DNA of 64,000 nt from Paraspadella gotoi (lineage: Eukaryota > Animalia > Chaetognatha): positions 10,972,338 to 11,036,337 of the forward strand of contig CM119271.1 in assembly GCA_051294375.1 (NCBI GenBank), written 5' to 3'. Of this stretch, positions 50,160-63,975 are shown one piece after another (within the stretch, counting starts at the first letter, position 1; every line of letters starts with the position of its first letter). Below the pieces are notes generated by a model, which was given only the letters and a program-made list of their open reading frames with translations, ran no database searches and was not told the DNA's origin. The translations under genes and the position numbers were made by a program.

Positions 50160-51421
50160 CTTCCTTTGGCCTTCCTCTCGAATAAATAAATAGTCGGTTT
50201 TACTCTCTATTTCTCCGTCTCTCTTTTCATGATAAAGAAAAATATTTGATTTTTTGTTTGTTTCGTTTTCTCGATTCTGTTTCTTTTATTTTTCGACTTT
50301 TAACCTTTGAGCGTCGTCCTGGTTTTTTCTCAATGACGCCGTTTCTTCCAAAGAGAGAGAACGCTGTTTTCTAGGAGTTGTTTCTTGCGCGTTTTAAATT
50401 TGGAGAAAGTATGATGAAAACCTGCTTATAATACAAATAGAAAAAATCAATTAATAAAATAAATTAACAATTAAAATAAAATAAAAAACATAAAAGAAAA
50501 TCCCAAACTTTTGTCCTCCAAATTTAATTTTCATTTGTAAGGTATTTTTGGGAAAAAGTTTTACCAAGTTTTAAGAAATGTATCACAATGTTTCAAAAAC
50601 TTCTTTAAATCATTTGTTTGCGTTGCCTCTGCTTTCAGACTTATTTTACAAATTTCGACGATCGAGGTTTCAAAAGTTGTTTATTTATCGAAGTTAAAAA
50701 CAGACGAGGTTGTAAAAGCATTTCCAAATTGTTTGTAAACAATCCAAATAAACAATAAAATTTCGGTTAAAATGTAAAACCGTTTCGACGTCGTAATCTT
50801 CGAGGCAACTGAAGAATTTACAAAATTCCAAATCAAACGTTATCTAAAATAACCCAGATTGCCTCGGCCAACCCTTTTTCCCTCTTCTTCAATTATCCGT
50901 CGTCGCGATTCCCGATCGCGAATTTAGGGAAACTTGAACAAAGATATTTTTATTCCCAATCGTCGGACGTTGAGCCGTTTCCCCCTACGGCGACGCTCGC
51001 CACCGCCGATACATCATTTTTCAACTATCTTCAATCAAATTTTCTATCTCTTTCTGTCAAATTGTTTCTTTTATTTCAGGAAAAAAATATCTTTCTTATT
51101 TTCTACTGAATTATTTTCTCTTCTTCTACAAACCCTTTTTTTTTCAAATATTTTTTTTTCTCGTCCACTCGATACGCGGAACAAGTTTTCTTTTCCTTTT
51201 TCGCTTCGTCGCTTTTTCGTCCTTCTGTATTTAACTTTTCTCATTTCTATTTTTCTCTCCTTTTCTTTCACTCTTTATTTTTTTTCTGTTCCTTCTTTTA
51301 CTGTCCAGTTTTCTTTCTTTTTCTGTTTTTTTCCTTTTTTCAGTTTTTTTTAGTTTTCTGTTTTATTTTTCTCTTTCTTTTCTTTTTCCTGCTTTCCTCA
51401 TCAATTCTCCACACGATTCTC

Positions 51422-51469
<48 letters not shown>

Positions 51470-51901
51470 TCTCTCTCTCTCTCTCTCTCTCTCCTCTCTC
51501 TCTCACCTCTCCACGGATTTCCTTTCTCGTGGTTATTTTTATCCTTTCTATTTTTCTTTCTCATTCCTCTCTTTTCCTTCCGACATTTCCTCTCTTCTCT
51601 CTCCTCTCTCTGATTCCACTTCGTCAAATCCTTCTCCATCTTCCTCCACCTCCCTTATCCACCCCCCCTTCCCATCCCCGACTCCCCCTCTTCTACCCCC
51701 CCCGCCCCCCCCTCCTACCCCATGCGCACGCCTGACCCATAAATCCGATCGCCGGCGAACGACTGGGCAGACAGATGGGCGAAAAGACTTCAAATACCAA
51801 TTTACTTTTTTCTTATGCTTCCTCTCTCTCTCTCGCTCTCTCTCCTCTCTGCTCTCGTGCTCTCTCTCTCTCTCTTCGCTCTCTCGTCTCTCTCTCTCGT
51901 G

Positions 51902-51934
<33 letters not shown>

Positions 51935-54900
51935 GATTTTGTGTTGTCGCGGCGTTTCGTTCTCTCGTCTCTCTCTCTCTCTCTCTCTCTCTCTGCTCGT
52001 CTGTCTGCTCTCTCTCTCGTCTGCTCTCTCGTCACGACTGTAACAGTTGTCCTTTTTTCGTTCGCGGATTCGCGTAGTCAACCTTTTTCTTTCTTTGTCT
52101 CACAGTGCGCCAGGTCTAGTCTTTTGCCATCTCGTCAACGCTGTTTTAGTATCCCATTCTGCTTTGGCCAGCTTCCTTTCTGACTTCGCCGTTCCCGATC
52201 CCGCCCTTTGCCAGTCCCCTTCTTTTGTTTTGCCAGTTCCCATCTTCTTTTGCCACTTTCTCTGTCAGTTGCAACGCTTTCTTAGCCAGTTCCCTCTTCT
52301 CTCTTCCCCAGTCCCCGACGTCTCTTTAAACCTTCCCATTATCCCTTCTAAACGGTGAGTCTTCGTCGACTACGAATGGCGAAACAAGGTTATGTTTTTT
52401 TTGTTTTTTTTTACAAGAAAAAGAAAAGAAAGAGTCCTAAAAAGTGAGTCTAAAATGTACCTAATTACTAATACGATTAATAATTTAAATTGGTTCTCAT
52501 AAAATTTATATTTATTTTGATTTGCCAACCTATTGCATTTGTTACAATTATTGTTTTTTTCATTCGAAACTTTATAATATTAATATATTTATTCTACCGC
52601 TAAACTTTCTCAGCTTCAAGGTCTGCTTAGGTTCCGTGCCTCTTTAAAAGATACTAGAGTGCAATGTTACAAGTCAAAATTGAGAAAATTAAAAGTTTAA
52701 AGTTTAACTTCTAAACGCCAAATGACTATATTTTAGTCCTGTTGATTCTCAAAGTTTCACTTTAAGATCCAAACGATTCCAAAGGGTCCTCACCCAAAGA
52801 GTAAGCGACGGTCCCCTAGCTTAAACAGCTTTCTCCCTTCTCTCTCTCTCTCCCGACTATAAATAGAAAATTCTTCGAAAAAAAAGTGTTAAACTTTCTT
52901 TAAATCTCTGAAAATAAATTACCTTTTCGAAACTTACACGAGCTCACTCTCTCTGACAATCGAAGCAGCTCAAAAGGGCCAATCAAAAACAAGCAAATCA
53001 ACAATCAGAAAAAAAAATATCAAAAACGTCGAGAGCAAACCCGCGCTTTCCGAAGTGATACAAAATTCATGCATACATTCACGCTTGCCAATCAAACCAA
53101 TCACTCTATTCGCCAATCACACCAATCGAACCAATCACTAATGACTTATCATCAATCGCGGTGAAACGGAATAAATGTTCCTTTTCCCCTTTTGGAAGAG
53201 AGGAGAGAGATGTGAGATGAGACGAGGAGATGGAGGGAAGAGGAGAGAGAGAGAGAGATGAAGGAGACGGGAGTGGCTGTAAATAAACAAGAATCTTTTT
53301 AGCCAAAAAGGGGGNNNNNNNNNNNNNNNNNNNNNNNNNNNNNNNNNNNNNNNNNNNNNNNNNNNNNNNNNNNNNNNNNNNNNNNNNNNNNNNNNNNNNN
53401 NNNNNNNNNNNNNNNNNNNNNNNNNNNNNNNNNNNNNNNNNNNNNNNNNNNNNNNNNNNNNNNNNNNNNNNNNNNNNNNNNNNNNNNNNNNNNNNNNNNN
53501 NNNNNNNNNNNNNNNNNNNNNNNNNNNNNNNNNNNNNNNNNNNNNNNNNNNNNNNNNNNNNNNNNNNNNNNNNNNNNNNNNNNNNNNNNNNNNNNNNNNN
53601 NNNNNNNNNNNNNNNNNNNNNNNNNNNNNNNNNNNNNNNNNNNNNNNNNNNNNNNNNNNNNNNNNNNNNNNNNNNNNNNNNNNNNNNNNNNNNNNNNNNN
53701 NNNNNNNNNNNNNNNNNNNNNNNNNNNNNNNNNNNNNNNNNNNNNNNNNNNNNNNNNNNNNNNNNNNNNNNNNNNNNNNNNNNNNNNNNNNNNNNNNNNN
53801 NNNNNNNNNNNNNNNNNNNNNNNNNNNNNNNNNNNNNNNNNNNNNNNNNNNNNNNNNNNNNNNNNNNNNNNNNNNNNNNNNNNNNNNNNNNNNNNNNNNN
53901 NNNNNNNNNNNNNNNNNNNNNNNNNNNNNNNNNNNNNNNNNNNNNNNNNNNNNNNNNNNNNNNNNNNNNNNNNNNNNNNNNNNNNNNNNNNNNNNNNNNN
54001 NNNNNNNNNNNNNNNNNNNNNNNNNNNNNNNNNNNNNNNNNNNNNNNNNNNNNNNNNNNNNNNNNNNNNNNNNNNNNNNNNNNNNNNNNNNNNNNNNNNN
54101 NNNNNNNNNNNNNNNNNNNNNNNNNNNNNNNNNNNNNNNNNNNNNNNNNNNNNNNNNNNNNNNNNNNNNNNNNNNNNNNNNNNNNNNGAACTGAGAATAT
54201 TCTTTATTCGTGCTAGAAACGAGAACCTATATTATAGGTAATTATAGGTTATCATAGGTTATATTATACGGACAAAAAAGCGTCTTATAGGCTATAAGAA
54301 GCTTTTTTTGTCCGTCCTTGGACATTATATTAATACAAGTAAGCTTAGACTGATATACATGTTACAGAAAAAGGTTTTGGCGTTTGAATCTCGAGTTTTC
54401 AGAGCTCGAATGAGGAAGAGGAGGAGGAAGAAGAAGAAGATCAGCAGGAAAGGAAAGGGGAGGAGGAAGAGGAAGAAGAAAGTAAGATGGAATGAAAGAA
54501 TCAGACGACGCGACTGGGATTGAAAACTCGATACAGAGTCCTTTTTTGATACGTTTTTTGAGACTTTAGAACAGGCGGTTAAATCAAGTGAAAATTAAAT
54601 AACATACCTCAAGTCAAAATCGCCAATCACGGATCGAAAAAGATTCGCTAATCGTCGATCAATAGTCAATCAATACCAAGAACTAAACATTGACCATTAA
54701 ACAGTGAACGCCATTCACTGAACAGTTATGAGCCGTCACTTATCATTAATAACACGGACACAAACTGTTTTTCAGTCGAGATGGCGCTGTGACAGAGTAA
54801 AATATATAAAAACAAACAAAAGACAAGTGGCTATTTTGAACTCACCACCGTTTCAGTGAGTAATAACATAATGCAATTGATATCCTCTACTGGCGTCTGC

Positions 54901-55193
54901 CACTTTTAATATAAAATGGCATCGGTTTGAGTTTGACCCGCGTGGCGGCGCGCTCATCCTCTGGACGAACAAGTCGGTTCCATTTCCCAGTTTGCTCTGT
55001 GCAAGAAAAGCTACTCTGTGTCGTTCTTGAGAGCGACAGAGTAACCATATTTATTTTTTTTTAACCACGCATTTTTCCTCATCGGTTAAGATAATCAATA
55101 TCTCGTTATTAAACTTGTCTTTAGGTCATTCGGGGTCACAGCTATCGGATTCGTTTTATTAGTTGTTCACATATTCATATTTTAACAATATAT

Positions 55194-55246
<53 letters not shown>

Positions 55247-56004
55247 TCATCCTCTCTCTCTCTCTCTCTTTTCTCTCTCTTTATTTCTTCTCTTTCTGCG
55301 TCTCTCTTATCGTCTCTCCTCATCGATTCCCATAATATTCATATATGATTTCACAATTTTCCTTGACGTCCATCCATCTAACTTCCTCACCTCCTCCTCC
55401 GCATCTTCTCTCTCTCTCTCCCTCTTACCTTTTCTCTCTCTCTCACTCTCTCTCTCTCTCTCTTCACTTTCTGCAATAGACAGTTCATTTTTGTTTCTTT
55501 TTGTTACCTAATCTCCCTCTCTCTGTGTTTTTGTTTTAATTGTATATCGTCTTTTGCTCTCGAATGTAAAACGAATCCCGTTTCTGGCCCCGCGGCGGGA
55601 GAGGGGGGCGAGGGAGAGCGCAGTGCAAACGCCGCCGCAACACCTCATTTCCTATTTCTCATTCAAAACAGACGCCAACAGCAAACGGCCGGACGCCACA
55701 TCGCAGAGGCCACACGGGCCGCGGAATATTGCAGCGCCCGCCGGACGCCACGGATATGGCGCCAGCACGATGGGCGCAAACAACAATAAGAGCACGAGTT
55801 AGTCGCCGGGCAAATCTTAGGGAAATTTCCAGGCGACGCCATACCAGGGGGCGAGAAGAGAAGAAGGGGGCGGGGGAAAGGGTATGGGGGGGAAGGAGGG
55901 GGTCGTGAGGGAATGGAGTTGTCGATTTAAGGAAGTTATAGTGAAACGTCTGAGCGACAGAGTGAAAGCGATTGGTAGGCTTGTGAATTCAGTGGAAGTA
56001 AAAA

Positions 56005-56260
56005 TACAATTGCAAACGATACTTTGAAAGTTAACTATTCATTGATAGGGAAGGCCAGGTACTCTGGGAGTGGAATGAAATTACAGACTGGTGAGAGAGT
56101 CTTGATTGAAAGCTTTGCAGGACCTCGCTATGGGTCCATTATCTTGTTGAGTGATGGAGGCCTTAAAACCGACCAAAGCCTGTGCCAATAAGCTAGGGGC
56201 AAAGAGAGCTTAGTTATTGAAATTGAATGATAATTTTCATATTGGGGTTGTAACCAATTT
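56005..56260 (-). repeat. Family C full copy, inverted
   Basis: TTCATTGATAGGGAA...GAGAGTCTTGATTGAAAGCTT...GATAATTTTCATATTGG..TTGTAACCAATTTC is the reverse complement of the family consensus. Confidence 0.78.
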
Positions 56261-57137
56261 CACACAATGTTTTGCCTGCGATCTGTGTTCATTCTTGAGT
56301 GTAGCGCAGTGAATTAATGAATGAATGAACTGAATGAATGAAATGAATGTAATTGAATGAATGAATGACTGAATGAATGATGAATGAAAATTAATGAAGT
56401 TGAGAAGAATTCGGGTGCCATATTGTCGCTCCGCAGTTTCGAGAGATTAAGGGTTTAAGTTTAGAGAATAAGGGTTTGGGATTATGAATTTGGGTTAGGG
56501 ATNNNNNNNNNNNNNNNNNNNNNNNNNNNNNNNNNNNNNNNNNNNNNNNNNNNNNNNNNNNNNNNNNNNNNNNNNNNNNNNNNNNNNNNNNNNNNNNNNN
56601 NNNNNNNNNNNNNNNNNNNNNNNNNNNNNNNNNNNNNNNNNNNNNNNNNNNNNNNNNNNNNNNNNNNNNNNNNNNNNNNNNNNNNNNNNNNNNNNNNNNN
56701 NNNNNNNNNNNNNNNNNNNNNNNNNNNNNNNNNNNNNNNNNNNNNNNNNNNNNNNNNNNNNNNNNNNNNNNNNNNNNNNNNNNNNNNNNNNNNNNNNNNN
56801 NNNNNNNNNNNNNNNNNNNNNNNNNNNNNNNNNNNNNNNNNNNNNNNNTTACAGCTTTGCAATTTGTAAATCGTCATTAAATACTAAATAGCTGAGCCGA
56901 ATTACGATACATGGACCAAACCTTTTATTCTAAATTCTATAACCAATAATTTTTTTTCGAGATTACGTTTAGTTAACATATTGAAAATTTATACGTATAC
57001 TTCATTACATTGTTCCAACTATTTAAATATTAAGTAACCGTAACCTTTTTTTGTTACGTCCATCCGATACTTAGTGTAATTCTTTCGTCGCCGAGTGAAA
57101 TTTCTCTGGCGGCAAATTAATCACTTTGCGTTTCCTT

Positions 57138-57470
57138 GCAGACGCCAACGTCATCGCCAACGACTGTCAACGCCAACGCCAACATACTTCAACGCCAACA
57201 AACGCCAACGGACATCAATGCCAACAAACGACAACTGCGAAAGTCAACGCCAATGAATGTTAACGACAATGAATGTCAACGCCAACGACTGTCAACGCCA
57301 ACGAACCTCAACGCCAACGTACGTCAATGGCAACAAACGTCAACGCCAATGGACATCAACGCCATCGACCGTCAACGCCAACAAACGATAATAACGCCAA
57401 CGTTTAAAACTGTTCAAATTGCCATCGACAGTAAGTATGACCATCGACCAACAGTTTTAATGTCAACAAA
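57138..57470 (+). repeat. Degenerate CAACGC-rich tandem repeat
   Basis: Recurrent GTCAACGCCAACG motif. Confidence 0.75.
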
Positions 57471-59302
57471 AAAATATTTATTAATTTAAATTTAAAATCA
57501 ATTGAAAATCAATCTTTAACAATGCCAACCAACTAAGGATAAAAGTAGCTCTAAATTGAATTTTCACAAGATGCGGGAATTTACGTTTTCACATTACATT
57601 CCGCCGGCTAATTTCCCTTCTCAAGCGATTGGCATCGACTCGTGTTACTTCAACTTTGAACGCAAAGAGAAGCAGTCGTNNNNNNNNNNNNNNNNNNNNN
57701 NNNNNNNNNNNNNNNNNNNNNNNNNNNNNNNNNNNNNNNNNNNNNNNNNNNNNNNNNNNNNNNNNNNNNNNNNNNNNNNNNNNNNNNNNNNNNNNNNNNN
57801 NNNNNNNNNNNNNNNNNNNNNNNNNNNNNNNNNNNNNNNNNNNNNNNNNNNNNNNNNNNNNNNNNNNNNNNNNNNNNNNNNNNNNNNNNNNNNNNNNNNN
57901 NNNNNNNNNNNNNNNNNNNNNNNNNNNNNNNNNNNNNNNNNNNNNNNNNNNNNNNNNNNNNNNNNNNNNNNNNNNNNNNNNNNNNNNNNNNNNNNNNNNN
58001 NNNNNNNNNNNNNNNNNNNNNNNNNNNNNNNGTAAGTGGCCTCGTATCGCGACCGATTCCATCCGAAGTGGTTAACCTATCACGCCAATCCGCGCCACTT
58101 CACCCCCCCCGCCAGCTCACTCCAATGAATGGAACCACTTCATGCCATCCCACGCCTTCCGACTCCACCCCACGTTTCTATTCAATCACCACCCTACGCC
58201 GCTCCACGCCACCTGTGCGCCTCTCACGGAATCTTAGGCCACACACACGCGATCAAATGATAACGCACATAGCGCACGCCACAAAACGCTTTTATGCTAC
58301 CAATCTAACAGTACAAAGCCACCTCAGCGCCACCTTATGCGCCACTGCATGGCCAATTGACAATCCACCCCTATCCCACGTTAAACCAACGCCAATCCTC
58401 ACGACATGCCAGATCACTCCATGCTACGCCAACCCCGTCCACGGCAATCCTACGCCACCCTACGCCATCCAAACGCCACCGCTCGTCACCGTCCGCGGAA
58501 TCGATCCCTAATCAGAAATATCTTCGCCGGGAAAATCTCGGCCAAGATTCCGACGCGTTGACGATTGTGAGAGAGGCGATTTTCTTCCGGCGCGGCAGAA
58601 AAGGGCGGAAAAGGCCGATTGGGCGACGGACGACGACGACGACGACGACGAAGATGAGGGTCCGACGACGATGACGATGATTGAAGATGACGAACGACGA
58701 CGAACGATGACGATGAAGATTTATTAAGATGATTTAACGACCGTGTAACAACAACGAGACGAACGACGATGATGACAATGCATCAATGACTGAAGAACGA
58801 CGACGATGAAGTTTGACCAAACACGATCGACGACGACGACGATCGCCTATACTTAGGATCGGCGACCATCAATAAGTAATTTTCTTTGGCAAACTGGAGA
58901 GAAAAAAAAGTGGGAAAAATCTATTAGCACTTTTAATTAATTAGTTTTTGATTTGTGGCTTTTATTTGCGCACTGAAAGGGAGANNNNNNNNNNNNNNNN
59001 NNNNNNNNNNNNNNNNNNNNNNNNNNNNNNNNNNNNNNNNNNNNNNNNNNNNNNNNNNNNNNNNNNNNNNNNNNNNNNNNNNNNNNNNNNNNNNNNNNNN
59101 NNNNNNNNNNNNNNNNNNNNNNNNNNNNNNNNNNNNNNNNNNNNNNNNNNNNNNNNNNNNNNNNNNNNNNNNGAGACCATGTGTGCATGACTGTGTGTGT
59201 GTGTGTTTAAAGATGAAGTTTGCTTTCCATTCTCGCTCATTACATTTATCTCCGTCGACGTCAAGATCAGAAAAACTCAAGCGCTGAAACAACGAAGAAA
59301 GA

Positions 59303-59615
59303 TAGACGACGACAATGATGACGACGACGACGACGACGATGATGATGATGATGATGCTGACGACAATGATGACGACGACGACGACGATTAATTGGACGAA
59401 GACGACGACTGAGAGGACAATGACAAAGATGAAGACGACAATGAAGCTGACTTCGACAATGACGACGAAGACGACGATGACAATGACGACGACGATGACG
59501 ATGATGATGAAGCTGATGACAATGGTGACGACGACGACGGTGACGACTATGATGAGGACGACGATGACAATGATGATGATGATGAAGCTGACGACTATGA
59601 TGACGACGACGACGG
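59303..59615 (+). repeat. (GAC/GAT)n trinucleotide tract
   Basis: Read directly from the sequence. Confidence 0.9.
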
Positions 59616-60419
59616 CGATTGGTTGGACGAGAGACGAGCGAACCAGGAGAGACCAAGTGGAACAAAAGAGAAAGAACGAGCAAGTGAAGGCTATGCGTTC
59701 GACAACTGACATATGAAGTAACGGCGAACGACCGGAGCGACGGAGCTGATCGAAATGTAAGTCTGACCTGAATCGACGACGGGACGACGACGACGCCTGG
59801 AGTGAAGGCGTGATGACTAATGGTATGAACGACGATGATGATGAAAAAGCGACTCTGAGGACAAGCGAACTACTGAAGCTGACGTTTGTGCCGACAATGA
59901 CAAACGACGATAACGACGACTAAATATGAGGACTAATGATGAAGGACGAACCGAATTTATTAGCGAAGTATAGACAACGCTACGACTAGAATGTAGACCC
60001 AAAGATCGTCGACTAAGAGAAGCGATAGACACCCTTGCGACGACGGAACGGACCGACGAGACTGAACGGACGGACGTAAAGGTGAATAATGAGGAGGTCG
60101 TGCAACAAACGAGGAGCAACGATGCAATTCCGAGTTTCAGACTACATCCCGGTTTCACATGGCCATCCTGGTTTCGACTACAGTTGCCCGATCGGCCTTT
60201 GTTTCGCGGTTTCACTAATACACGACATCCCTGTCTTAAAAATCATTGTTTTCATTCACAAAGATGTTCAAGCGTCGTTTTGCGCAACTTGCTGCTGTCA
60301 CGTCGTTCTTGCATTCTCTGTCAACTTCCCAAGTCTGGTCCGCTTGGCACTTTTTTCTTATTCAGCAGGCAATACCTCTCTTCACTGTCCCTTTCTTTTT
60401 CCTCGCTTTTCGCTTTCTT

Positions 60420-60985
60420 GGCGGGCCTAGAATACAATAGCGAGAAGACGTCCCGATTGACGGCCGATCGACGGGCCGGGGAGCGACGCGCTGATGCCGT
60501 ACGGCGCGGATGGACGGCCTGTGGACGGACGCCGAGCGATGCGCGGACTGAACGCGCGGAACAGAACGCGCATGAGCCGGTACCGAATTTCACATCATGC
60601 GGCCATTAGTCTCTCCACTCGACGCCGCTCTCCCGCGCTCCCGCGCGCCCATCTGCCCCGCGTATGGCCAACGCGTAATCCCCCCGCGCCCCTTACGTCC
60701 CCCCAAAAACCTGTCGTCCTGCCCCCAAGAAAAAAAAAACACGTCTTTTGGAATTTTGTCCCTGCCAAAGACGAGAGCCGCGGCCGCGGTGGGCCCGCGA
60801 GTCCGGCCGCCGCCTGCCGCTGCGGCCGCCGGCCGCGCGCCGCCGGCCTTGGCCGGGACCCGGCGCGAGCCGAAACTGCCCAACCAGTCGCCGCCGCCAC
60901 CGCTCCAGCCGCTGCCGCCGCCGCGGCCGGAACTGCTCGCGCGGTCGTTACCGCTGCCGTCTCTGTTTCCCGCCGTCAGCTGCTG
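60420..60985. other. Very GC/CpG-rich island of unknown function
   Basis: Dense CG and GCC runs in an AT-rich background; no recognisable protein. Confidence 0.55.
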
Positions 60986-62160
60986 CTTTAAGTTTAAACG
61001 ACAATAACCTTTTTTAAAAATCTTTAGTGGCGTCGAGAATCATCATCGTTTGTCTCTATTACTTTATGACGCTTTGTCGCAATTATGTCATTGCTTTATG
61101 ACACTTTTTCGCTATTATGTCATTTTTTTTTTTTTTTTTTTTACTTTCTTCTTTTTCGTATTTTATCATTATCATAACGCAACGTCACTAAGGCATATAC
61201 TTACACGTCACTTTCACACATCACACATCAAATCACATCACACATCACACCTCAGCGGTGAATGTCACTTTCACACATGAAACATCACATCACATCACAC
61301 ACATCAGCGGTGAATGTCACTTTCACACATGACGTTCGTTATAATTTTTTTTTCAATTTTTATTCATTAACACTGAAATAATCTCAATATTTAAATATTT
61401 TTTTCATTAGCTTTTGCTTAAAAACAATTATTTCATCTTAATCACAATTTTTAGATGCGCTCAGTTGAGCCTCAATAAGACGTTTTATTGGTCTGTCTGT
61501 CTCTCCGTACATCTGTTCATCTCTTCATTAAAGATATCATCATCAAAAACATAGTTTTATAGGAAAGAGAGAAATATAATAGATATAAACAAGTTTTAAG
61601 AATTAAATTACGCTCAAATGCTTAAACAATGACAAAGGGACGAGGAAAAGGTCACGTGATTGATTGTTTAATCACTTATTCGCCTCTCCAGCGTTTCACA
61701 GCCACCTCATTTCACGATTTCACTTCCAAACCTTCACCGCTTTCACAAAATCCTTTCTCCCTTTCACTCCTCTCCTATCACAATCTTTCCTATTTTCCTC
61801 CGAAGCCGTAAACATCAGGAAAGCCGCTTACAGTGTCTCAAGCAGACTCCGCCGCCGGCCGCCGCCAGCCGCCAGCCGCCGCCGTTCTCCTACCCGCAAC
61901 GCAGAGCCATTCCTTCCAAGATCGTCATTCGGTTCGAAACTACGGAAAAGAAAAAAAAANNNNNNNNNNNNNNNNNNNNNNNNNAAAAAAACAAAAAAAA
62001 AAAAACACATAAAAAAATACAAAGATCATCGAAGTCTTTTGTTTTCCTAATGTTTGACACGATTCCAGGAGGGCGCTAAAAAAGAAGGAGCCGTCCCGTC
62101 GCGAAAATCGTTTCGCATATTCCTGTGTGTGTGTGTGTCTTCTCTCTCGCTTCTCTCTCT

Positions 62161-62208
<48 letters not shown>

Positions 62209-62544
62209 TCTTCTCTCCTCTCTCCTCTCTCTCCTCTCTCTTTCCTTTTCCCGTCTTCCTCTCTCTTCTTTGCCTCTCGTCTCTTCTCTCTCTTCTCTCT
62301 CTTTTTGGCTCCAACGCCAGATTATGACGGTGGACAGGCCGGTAAGTGAAGGCGATTATGGTTGTGGAATCGTGCCGATGGGCTAAGCGCGGGCCCTCCC
62401 TTCAGAGCGCCCTAATGGGCTCCAACATCGATTCAAGTCCCGGCGCCGGAAATGACCGGACGAATTCCGGCGGGAAGATTCTGATCGGAGATATTTCGAC
62501 GTCGATGATTGTGGGAAATTTGATTTTCTTGGGCGTGCTGAGTC

Positions 62545-62626
62545 GACCGACCCTGACCGACCCGACTGACGACCGATGACCGACCGACTGCCGACCGACG
62601 GACGACCGACGAAAAGTGACTTATAA
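62545..62626 (-). mobile_element. HINE family A fragment
   Basis: GACC repeats followed by GAAAAGTGACTTATA. Confidence 0.45.
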
Positions 62627-63313
62627 AAACGAACGAACGAAAAAAACAACACTAAGGAAGGAACAAAGAAATGAAGGACAAAGGAGCGGAAGACAAACGA
62701 ACAGATGAACAGACGAACAAAGTAGCGAACAACTAACCTAAGGAACGAAAACAGACACGAACGCAAAACTATCAAACCGAATTTTAAAATTTTCACGATT
62801 GTCTTTTCGAAAAATGGTTACAGCCCGTCGAACTTGTCACCCGGGTCGTTTCTTCTCCTCTCTAACCCCTCTGCCCTTTCCAACCCTCCCCTCACCCCCT
62901 TACACCCGACCCCACCCTGCTGCTGCTGCCCTCTGCGAATTCTCGGGTCAAAACCAAACAAAACAAAGAAACATCGACGCCGCGATTTCGCGAAATCGGA
63001 CTTCGATTCGGCGGAGGGAATTCGACATCAACATCAGCCGATCGGGTAAAGAGAATTTCGATTCAACATCAGCCAATCCGGAGAAGATATTTTTGACATA
63101 AACGGTTAAACATAGCCAATCAAAGGAAAGGAATTTCAACCATTAACATCTGGGGACATGGGGAAGATATTTTGACATAATCAGCTGAATAAAAAAGATA
63201 AAAAAATTTTGATATCAGCATCAGTCAAAGGGAGAGAATTTCTAAATGCAGCAATCGGGCGCCTGATCTGCTTGGTGGAGAAATATATTCAATTTTAATG
63301 GACTGAACTTAAA

Positions 63314-63453
63314 GGAAAAGAAAAAGAAAGGAAAGAAGAAGAAAGGAAAGGAAAGGAAAGGAAAGGAAAGGAAAGGAAAGGAAAGGAAAGGAAAGAAAGG
63401 AGAGAAAGAAAAAGAAAAGAAAAGAAAAGAAAAGAAAAGAAAAGAAAAGAAAA
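63314..63453 (+). repeat. (GAAAG)n/(GAAAA)n pentanucleotide repeat
   Basis: Read directly from the sequence. Confidence 0.93.
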
Positions 63454-63752
63454 GTTATCTCGCAACGACATTAACGTCAATGACGATGAAAGCAACAACA
63501 ACAACGACGACAACAACGACGACAACAACGACGACGACGGCGTCCCTCCTTCCGAGGTGAATGACCGAAGTCGTCGTCGTCGTCGTCGTCGTCGTCGACA
63601 TCTTCGTCGTCGTCGTCGTCGTCGTCATCCCGATTGATCCGACCTCGGATGTGTCATCTCAAACCCGAAACTGTCCCCGTCATGTTGTACATTGCTTACA
63701 ATTCGTCAGTGTCGCGATTGTATTATATTTTATTATATTGCATTAAATTGTA

Positions 63753-63975
63753 AGAAATTGGTACAAATTATCATTCATTTAATAAATAAGCATCTTGCCC
63801 TGACTCTTGGACAGGCTTTGTGGTTTAGGTCCATCATCTTACAAAGATAAGATATAGCAGGTCCCTGCAAGCTTTCAATCAAGACTCTCACAGTTCGTTT
63901 ATTCACTCCAGAGTACCTGGTTCCCTATCAATGAAGTGGTATAATATTTCAAAGAAATGTTTCATTGTATAAAGG
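63753..63975 (+). repeat. Family C full copy
   Basis: Colinear with 2551-2775 over its whole length. Confidence 0.8.

Larger units (their letters stand above)
40419..53193 (+). repeat. Direct tandem duplication (~40419-46690 and ~47204-53193)
   Basis: Both copies start GTCCAGCATCAGATG and end AATAAATGTTCCTTTTCCCCTTT; they are colinear throughout and differ mostly by small indels. Confidence 0.95.

Noticed and set aside
55672-55850. Possible GC-rich exon after AAAACAG
   Set aside because: No recognisable product or convincing donor; insufficient support.
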